Assembly: GCF_009914755.1 (NCBI RefSeq)
Contig: NC_060926.1
Origin: the human T2T-CHM13v2.0 reference genome, Homo sapiens
Length of the DNA stretch: 64,000 bases
Reading direction: 5' to 3' (one strand)
A program made the translations under genes and the position numbers. Below the pieces are notes generated by a model. It ran no database searches, was not told the origin of the DNA, and worked only from the letters and a program-made list of their open reading frames with translations. How positions within the stretch are numbered: the first letter of the stretch is position 1; the number at the start of each line of letters is the position of its first letter. Shown here piece by piece: positions 55,184-64,000 of the stretch.

Positions 55184-57959
55184 TGCTTCTTTCTTAAAGT
55201 AGGGAACATGCCACCTCTTGCAGGGCTGCTTTGAGCATTACAGGAGGTAATGGACACAGGGACTAGTTTGATCTGTGATGTCAGATAGGTTCTGCAACTG
55301 CGTTTTGCAACACTTTTGCCTAGTAAAGTTGGAAAACCTCTGCTGTATTTCCTGGGCTTTGGGTGGGCAGAGTGGAAAGGTAGGGGTGTAAAAGGGAAAC
55401 CCTGATGCTTCCAGGCCTACTGTCCCGCCTGGCTGGTCCCTCCAGTGTCCTTTCCCTGCCCTTCTCCAAGGACAAATGGAGCACACATCCGTGGGCCTGG
55501 CAGTGCGGTGGCTGGCCGCCAGGAGCCCTTTTCCCAGCACTTACCCATTTCCAAGGCCACGGTCATTTAATTCTAGCCCCACACCAGGAACACAGGAGGA
55601 ATTCAGATTATCCAGAGGAAATGGAACCCAGCGAGTCTACTGCCCAGGGTTTCCTGGCTTGAGCCAGTGTTGACCCCGGGCTCCTTCCTCCAAGCCTGCA
55701 GTCGACTGGACCCTCATGTCCCTGAGCAAATGTAGGGGTCTTTTAATATCACAAACCAAATCCTGTTCCTTGACCCTTGCTTACATTCTTCAGTGGCTTC
55801 TCACTGTTCTTGTGACACTTTTCAAAAGCTGTGGGCCCTGGCTCTGCCTACCCCCCTCTCAATCCCCACACTCTGCACCTTCCTACTTTGGGGCTAGGAA
55901 CACCCTCTCCTTGCTGCCAGCTGCCCCCCTTTTTCTTTAATGACTCTGCATCCCAAAGTCAAACACAGTGTCTGGCATAGGAAAGCACTCAGTAATTATT
56001 TTAGGGGTGAATGGACTGTTTAGTGAACGAATGCGTGAATGCAGGAAAATGAGACCACAACACAGCTATTCCGAGCTGAAGCCTTTGTGGCTGCCACCAC
56101 CAGGTTCCCCACCTGCCACCTCCTTTGACCCACTGGCAGATTCTCATGTACATTATCTGGTCACCTGCCACTTCCAAGACCACAGAAATGGCAAAACAAA
56201 ACCAAAAGGCATTGGCAGAACTCCTGCAAGTCAATCAGCAAAACAAAATGGTTTTTCCATAAAGTACTAAAGGTCTTGGGTTCCTCTTCTAATCCCCATC
56301 TCAGTTGTGCCCCAGCCCCCTAAAGACAGTCTTGATCCTAAAACCCAGAGCATCCCTGCTAGTGGGAAGGAGAGGAAAAGTCAAGGGAACTCAACCACTG
56401 TGAGACACTGCCAACTAGCCCTATCAAAACAAGGTTCCAGTTTTCAATTCCAAAAGGCTTTACTACTCAGCCTTGAAGTAGTGAAGAAGTGAAGGCCATT
56501 TCACAATTGGTGGAAGTAAAAACAGGTACTTAACATTTTGGAGAGCTCTTGGGAATTGCTTTTCAAAATGCGAAGTGTGCACAGACCGCCTGACCCAGCA
56601 ATTCGACCCTCAGGTCTCTATCCTAAACAATTCTCCCACATCTGTGCAGAGGTGTGTGCACACCAATGGTCTTCGCAACATTCTCTGTAGTGATGGACAT
56701 AGAAACAACCCTAAGTGTCTATCAGCAGGGGAATCAGCCACTACATCATGGTACTTCCTTTCTGTGGGATACCAGGCATCTCTGAGTGGTCAAGAAAAAT
56801 GTCCAAAAGAAAAGCAACTTTCAGAACAACACGGATAATACAATCCAGTTTATATATTTTTTGAAAGGATGGGTAATTCTGGAAAGTGGAGGGGAAGACA
56901 ATGGGAGCACTTAGAAGGTGAGGCTTCCAGGGGTGAGTGGCAGACATCTCGGCTGATGCTGGGAGGGGGAAAGGTGGAGGGCAGAGCAGAGGATCCTGGC
57001 AGGGAGAACGGAGGTGTGAAGCCTCTGAGGTGGGAGCACAAATGACCCAAATAGTGGACCTGGAGCTTGAAGTGGGAGGGCAGAGGCAGGAGAGGTGAGT
57101 GGGAGGGAGGGCTAGGATCCTATGGGACCTGTGTGTGCTAAGACCAAGATGGGGCCTTATAGAGATTGTAAACGAAGGGACGACAGGGTAAGTTATAGAA
57201 TTGCTGGTGGGTAGCTGGAAAAAATAATGATAATCTCTCTCTCTTAAAAAGGAAAAGCGAAACAGAAGTGTTCTGCAGCCTGGGCAGGCTGGAAAGGCGA
57301 GCAGAAGCTGTCAGGAGGACAGGCTGCTCTGAAGCAGGTCCAGAGAGCCTCCATCCTGCCAGGGGCACTTGCTTTTGCTGCTGGTACAATGCCCATGACC
57401 CCTGGGTCTGCGGTCAGGTCTGTAATGCAGGGACATCTTGGGGGCAGACTTGGCAGGACTTTGCAGACAGGACATGCCAGAATTGAGAAAGTAGGGAGCA
57501 GAGAAGCTTCTCCTCTAAAATGAAGCTGGGGGTTCTTTTCCCCAGTGAGGCATTGTTCAAGTGAGGCTCTCCCCTCAGGGGTTTGCTTGACCCTTTCCCC
57601 ATGACTTAACTGAGCTGTGTTGATCAGCTCGGTCGCCTGGGGCTGGAGAACATTTCTGCCTCTCTTGGAAGAGGAGAGACTTCCCCATCCTGACTCATTA
57701 TTAGGATGTCTTGATTTTCAGGGAGTGTGGGAGCAGACACTTTTTATGCCTTAAACATCACTGAAACCACCAACTCATATCTCTTAAAGCACCTTTCTGA
57801 AGACCAACGCACATCATCTGTGGTCAGTATTGTGGATATTACACTTGCCCCAAAGGAGGAAAAACAAGGATATTATTCCTGTACACTTCTGCATTAGTAG
57901 AAAATGGAGAACACCCAACACATCACGAGTGGTCACCACCCGGGATGCTGAAGGAATCA

Positions 57960-58366
<407 letters not shown>

Positions 58367-58854
58367 ATTGGGCCTGGGAAACCTTCTGTTTTAACACCAC
58401 CTTTTCTTGCTCTTCGTCCATCCATGCTGTTCTATCTGAAGCTCGTCTCTGGGACCCTAAACCCTGGCTCAGCCCAGTATGGCTGAGCATGTGTGAACAC
58501 TTGCCTCCAGGGACGTGCCCATGAGGGCTGAGAAAAACTTTCTTCCTACTCACTTCTTTGAACAGAAATGCAATTCACTCTCACTTTGCGTATGTGCTCC
58601 CTATGATTTGGGATTTGCACAAGGAATTATGGCACTCATTTTCCAGTCCAATACAAACGTGAGATTATAACACTATGGCTAATATTTAGAGGCGCCATGC
58701 CTGTGTGCCAGACACAGGGCTAGGTGCTTTTTGGTGGATTTGTGTGTTTAACACTCATAACCATCCTTTGGGGTAGGAACTATGACCTGCCCATTTTACA
58801 GGTGAGTAAGCTGAGGCACAATGAGACATTACCACTAAAAGCCTTTGACCTTAC

Positions 58855-59105
58855 TTTTATTTATTTATTTTTTTGAGACAAAGTGTTGCTCCGTTGCTCA
58901 GGCTGGAGTGCAGTGGCACAATCTCGGCTCGCTGCGATGTCTGCTTTCTGGGTTCAAGTGATTTCTGGCTAATTTTTGTATTTCTATTAGAGATGGGGTT
59001 TTACCATGTTGGCCGGGCTGGTTTCCAACTTCTGATCTCAGGTGATCCGCCCACCTTGGCCTCCCACAGTGCTAGGATTACAGGTGTGAGTCGCGGTGCC
59101 TCGCC
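58855..59105 (-). mobile_element. AluS with ~50-bp internal deletion in the right arm
   Basis: ggttcaagtgattt joins directly to ctggctaatttttgta; TSD-like ctttgaccttactttt / ctttggccttattttt. Confidence 0.88.
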
Positions 59106-59254
59106 TCTTTGGCCTTATTTTTAAAACAAACAAAAATTTTCAAACCCCTGAAAGAATAGGATATCAACCAACATGGTACTAATCTGATGCTCAGTACAGA
59201 GTGCCCATGCTGGTGTCCATCCGACAGTCGATTTATTTTGGAAATTGCTTAGGA

Positions 59255-59450
59255 CAATGGTTCTCAAAATGTGGACAAGCAACACGTCATCCTCATCCCT
59301 TGTGAACTTGGAAATGCAAATTCCCAGATCCCTCCAGCCCTCAGACCTATTGAATTAGAGGCTCTCAGGGTGGGGCCCAGCAAGCTGTGCTTTCACAAGC
59401 CCTCCAGGGATTCTGATGCAGCTAATGTTAATTTCAGGACATCTGGTTTA
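59255..59450 (+). mobile_element. MER5A
   Basis: caatggttctcaaa...gaaatgcaaattc...cagacctattgaattagaggctctcagggtggggcccagcaagctgtgctttcacaagccctccagggattctgatgca. Confidence 0.85.
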
Positions 59451-59557
59451 GGCTTGAATTAAAAAGAAAGCAAGCCATTCATTGTCCCTGTCCTGATTCT
59501 CCTAGGATATTTCAGAACTAGGTAATTCCTCCAAATACTCAAAGCTGTAGGTTAGGA

Positions 59558-59740
59558 CAGTGCTTCTCAAGCCGGAAGAAGCCTCCGGAGGGCTGCTGAA
59601 ACAAAGACTGCTGGGCCCCACCCCGGAGACGTCCATTCAGCAGATCTGGGGTATGGCCTGAGAGTCTGCATTTCTAGTGCGTATTCCAGGTGATGCCAAT
59701 GCTACTGTGGGCCCCGAGACCCTGCTTGGAGGAGGACAGA
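59558..59740 (-). mobile_element. MER5A (opposite orientation)
   Basis: cagtgcttctcaa...ggagggctgctgaaacaaagactgctgggccccacccc...attcagcagatctggggtatggcctgagagtctgcatttcta. Confidence 0.85.
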
Positions 59741-60281
59741 GGTGGTAAATGCCCAGATAACACCTTGTCAAATCCAGAATGCCTCCTTCACACGAGCCTC
59801 TCTTTATTTTTTGTTAAGAATTTGAAATTTCTATCTGTGGAAGTGCCGTCTTTGAATTGAAACTCTGAGGCGAATGTAAAATAGGATTTGATACCCACCT
59901 CCAGCTAGAAGAAGTGCATTTCGGGCGCACGCCTCGAGAAGGGCTGTGGCGGCTTCTCGCTGAGAGAGCTGCAGGACTCTTTGAGGTTTCTGTTCCCTGC
60001 CCACCTCCGGCCCCTCTGGGAGGCAAAGGCATCCCTGAGATGCTGCTGTCTGCCGAAAAGGGCAGGAAGATGGTTTTGAAGAGCACTCCGGAGCCCTCAA
60101 TAAACAGGCAGGAGACAGTCGCTTCACATGGGCTTTCCTCGTCATCCCACACACAGATGGCAGAGTGAAGCGGAGAAAAATGCCTGAACAGGCTCATGAT
60201 GCGTCAGCCGTGGAAGGACCACACAGGGCTCTCCAGTGTGATTCATGAGCACGCCGAGGACAGAGCTAAAATCACACAGCA

Positions 60282-60589
<308 letters not shown>

Positions 60590-63094
60590 TCACGCAGCAG
60601 GTCCCTGCTGAGGAGGCCTGGGAGCCAAGTGTCCTGGGAAAGAGAACAGACAAGAGCTGAAGGCCTACTAAGCGTCAGATGCTGGGACCTTGGTCCTATG
60701 GTTGAGAGAGGCAGAGCTGCTATTACCACACAGCTGTGTGTCCCAGGAGATGTGCTAGAGGTCAGTACAGAAGAGACAGTCGAAGGCAGAAGGGACAGGG
60801 GTGGGAGGGCCCTTGGGAACAGTGAATTTTTGAGCTGAGCTTCCTTAAAAGAAGACAGGGAAGGGGATTACAAACAGACGGGTGCCCTGATCAGAACCCT
60901 GGTCCTTGGAGAGGGTCATAAGCATTTCCCACTCTGGAGGAGACTGGGGGGATTGTGGAGCTGGGGGCCTAGGCCAGCATGGGGCGGGACAGACAAAGAG
61001 GAGAGCGACCCAGCAGCTGGGCTTAGGAGGAAGAGGCGCAAGGACTCTGGGTTAGTTGGATGTGCTGCATGAGGGAAAGGAAGGGCACTAAGGGAACTCC
61101 TGGATTCACCAATCATGCCCTGTCTCTTCCTGAGCTCCTCATTGGCAGCATAGGATTTCTAGGTTGGAAGGTTCTGGGGCTGCAGTCTGGTCCAGGGCTA
61201 TGGTTAAGGGACTTGTCTTGAAGCAGATCCACTGTTTTATGATTTGAATTGACTGTTTATTTGGAGGTAGGAAAGAGCAGGGGGAGATGGAGAAAATGGA
61301 GTCTAGACTCCCCCAAACTATCTAAAGTAAGCCCTCTGCTAGGTCGTGGGATTCCCAAAACTTAAGACATTGCTCCTGCCCTCCAGGGCCTCACAATTTA
61401 GTAAGAGAGACACACCAACAGATCATCAAAATGTAAAGTGTTGAGTGCGTCAGACAGACACACATGATGGCATGGAAGCTGTTGGAGATGGGCTGTGATC
61501 CAGGAGACGGGTTGTGGTCCAGGAAGGCTTCCTGGAGGAAGTGGTAATCAGTTAGTTTTACAGCTTTCTGCCCAAGGCGTTGGGTGTGGAACTTGGCTGG
61601 TGATAGGGCTGTTTACTGAATCAGAGGAGCACGCTTGGGGAGGAAGATGTCAAGTCAGTTTTGTACAAGTTGAGTCTGAGGTTCCTATACAAGCCAAAGT
61701 AGTGATGTCCAGAAGGTATTGCATAGAAGGGTCTCAACTAAGTACCCCACTGACAGTGACACGGCTGGCTGATGGCAGAATTGAGCTTCAAATCCAAGTT
61801 CAGTGGTGTCAAAGGCCATGAAGCTGTTCTGGGCCCTTGCAGAGACAGCCCTTAACACGTGCTTGCCAGCCAAACTAGCTTTGCACCATCTGGTCCTGAA
61901 AAGCCTTGCAGAGAGCCTCTGAAGGTGATCCACAGAAGGGAGAGGATTTAATTGATAGGAACCAAAAGGGCAAAAAATGGCTTCTATTAGCATGAGCTCA
62001 TGCTCTCTTGTCTGATTTCCTTCTGATGATGAGATAAGAAGGGAAGATGGCAGAATTTCAAGTTACACCCAAACCACCAAGAATCTTTCTGTCTCCAGCA
62101 CCCACAGGATGTTTCAGATCAGCTCCTGCCGTTCAGCCCCAAGCCTGCCTTCGCCCCCGACATCAGCCCTCCCCGCTACCCTCCCACCATCACTCCACCC
62201 TCAGGGGCCTCCGCAGCCTGCTTCCCATGACTGGGGTGGGCAGGATCTCAGAGAAGGGCCAGGAGGCTCCGCCCAACCAGCTGCACCCCTTCAGTGTTGT
62301 GTCTGCTTTGAGGAGAGGGAACCTGAGGCCCAAGTTGCAGGGACTTAGGTTTGGCACAGCCAAGCCTCCAACCCTTCTCTTTCTTAGGTCATCAGCCCTG
62401 GATATCCAGCCAGGACAGAGCCAACACCTGTGCCAACACCTGGAGCCAGGTGTCCATCAAGAAGGGACCAGGGTTCGGGAGGTGGCAGCATACGAGCTAA
62501 GCCCTTGGCCACGTCAGAAATAGGAACTATTGTTTACTTAATTTTTCCTCTCACGATGAACATTTGGCTCCCAAAAAGTAACTTTCGATTTTTTAACAAA
62601 AACCAAATTTTTCATTTTCCCACGACTGTACTATAAGATGTTTTTGTCTCCATTTTTACCAGTGGTCTCTGCCTTATTAAACAGGAATACCCTCAGGGGA
62701 CCCTATTTAGAGCTGGCATGTTGGCTGCATACCTGTCTTCAGCAGCAGGAGGCTGGCGTCTCTGCAGGAGGCTCCTGCTATGCACTCATGTGAACCACCA
62801 AGCCCTCACCCTGCCTCAGTGGGCCACCCAGTCCTGCCTCCCTCAGTCATGGGCAGAAGGTTGGTCGGGGGATATTAAATGGGCAATCGCCTTGCCAGCT
62901 TGAGCCAGTTCCCCACCCTGATGTCCTCTACCTGAACACACAGAATTCAGGGAACATCCCCGGGTTCTGATTCAGAGGGTGGGGGTATGGCCTTTGATCT
63001 GCCCCACCCCCAGTTCCCTGAGGCGTTTTAATTATACTGCCTCTTGCTATCTTCCTGCTCTGCTGGATGAGCCTCTCTGTCCTCTCCCCTGTCC

Positions 63095-63960
63095 CTTAGT
63101 TCCCAACACTGAGACAAAAACTGAGTGCAAATTCTTTATTTGGCAAGCTGGAAAACACCAGTGTGGTGCTTGAATTAGTAGGCTGGGGCTGCCATAACAG
63201 TGTACCCTAAACTGGGTGGCCCAACCAACAGAAATTTACCATCTGACAGTTCTAGAGTCCAGAGTTCAAGATCACGGGGTCATCAGGGTTGGCTCCTTCT
63301 GCAGGCTGTGAGGGAGGACCTGCTCCATGCCTCTCTCCTGGCTTCTGGTGGCTGCCGGCCATCTTTGGCATTCCTTGGCTTGTGGATGCAACACCTTGAT
63401 CCGATGTCATCTTCCCATGGTGTTCTCCCTGTTTCTGTGTCCCAGGTTCCCCTTTTTGAAAGGCTGCCAGTCATACCGGATTAAGGCCCACCTTCATGAT
63501 CTCATCTTAACTTTAACTGAGCTAATTACATCTACAACAAGCTTATTTCCAGATAAGGTCACATTCTGAGGTGCTAGGGATTAGGACTTCATTACGTAAG
63601 TTTTGGGGACACAATTCAACCTGCAACAGGGGTGAAGGGAGACAGGCAGGGAAGGGAAGCTGGTGACGAACTCTTATCAAGCAAGTCTTCATTGTGGGCA
63701 GCTGGGATCCCACGGGCAACTCTGAAAAAGTGAAGAACCTGAGGGGTGAGGGAGCTGAGGTATTTATCTACCAGCTCCCATGTGCCAGTGGTGGAAGCTG
63801 CTGCCATGAGACAATTCCCTGCGGCTTCCAGCTGGTGTGCAGGCAGAGTGGCCTCCAGTGTCCAGAGAGACCTCCCAGGCAAACACGTGGAAGTCAGACC
63901 CAGGCCAGAATGTACATAATGGAAAGGGTCAGGGAATGTGGGCAGGGTACCCACATAGCA
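63095..63960 (-). mobile_element. LTR16-like ERVL LTR interrupted by an MLT1 LTR
   Basis: ctgagacaaaaactgagtgcaaattctttatttgg before the insert; gagggagctgaggtatttatctaccagctccca after it. Confidence 0.7.
63172..63628 (-). mobile_element. MaLR solo LTR (MLT1B/C-like)
   Basis: ggggctgccataaca...aacagaaatttaccatctgacagttctagag...gataaggtcacattctgaggtgctagggattaggacttca...ggacacaattcaacc. Confidence 0.88.
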
Positions 63961-64000
63961 CCTCTGCCCACTGCCCCAGTTCCCAAAGCTGTCCGGGTCA

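Noticed and set aside
60176-60192. aaatgcctgaacagg identical to the Alu flank at ~9807; likewise agacctgggttt at 54875 versus 44930
   Set aside because: Isolated 12-15-mers 10-50 kb apart with no extended homology; treated as chance.

Overview
Primate (human or great ape, since AluY is present) euchromatic DNA, GC-rich and dense in interspersed repeats: about 20 Alus plus old L1M, L2, MIR, MaLR/ERV LTRs and MER DNA transposons. I cannot support any protein-coding exon; the supplied ORFs look like Alu, microsatellite, minisatellite or GC-rich chance frames. The main functional landmark is a CpG-island promoter at about 3.55-4.75 kb, with tandem CCAAT boxes, a GC box and a strong minus-strand 5' splice donor at 4040/4039. 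It probably starts a gene transcribed leftward out of the window; I do not recognise the gene. The other ~59 kb reads as upstream regulatory or intergenic sequence, with several repeat-free, motif-rich candidate enhancers, strong CTCF motifs at 30.05, 36.58 and 45.4 kb (all reverse-oriented), a perfect (GT)55 microsatellite, two minisatellites and a retroposed Y3 RNA pseudogene. I do not see convincing evidence of a new biological system; the findings are local structural oddities and regulatory hypotheses. Repeat family names come from recalled consensus sequences and need RepeatMasker/Dfam confirmation.
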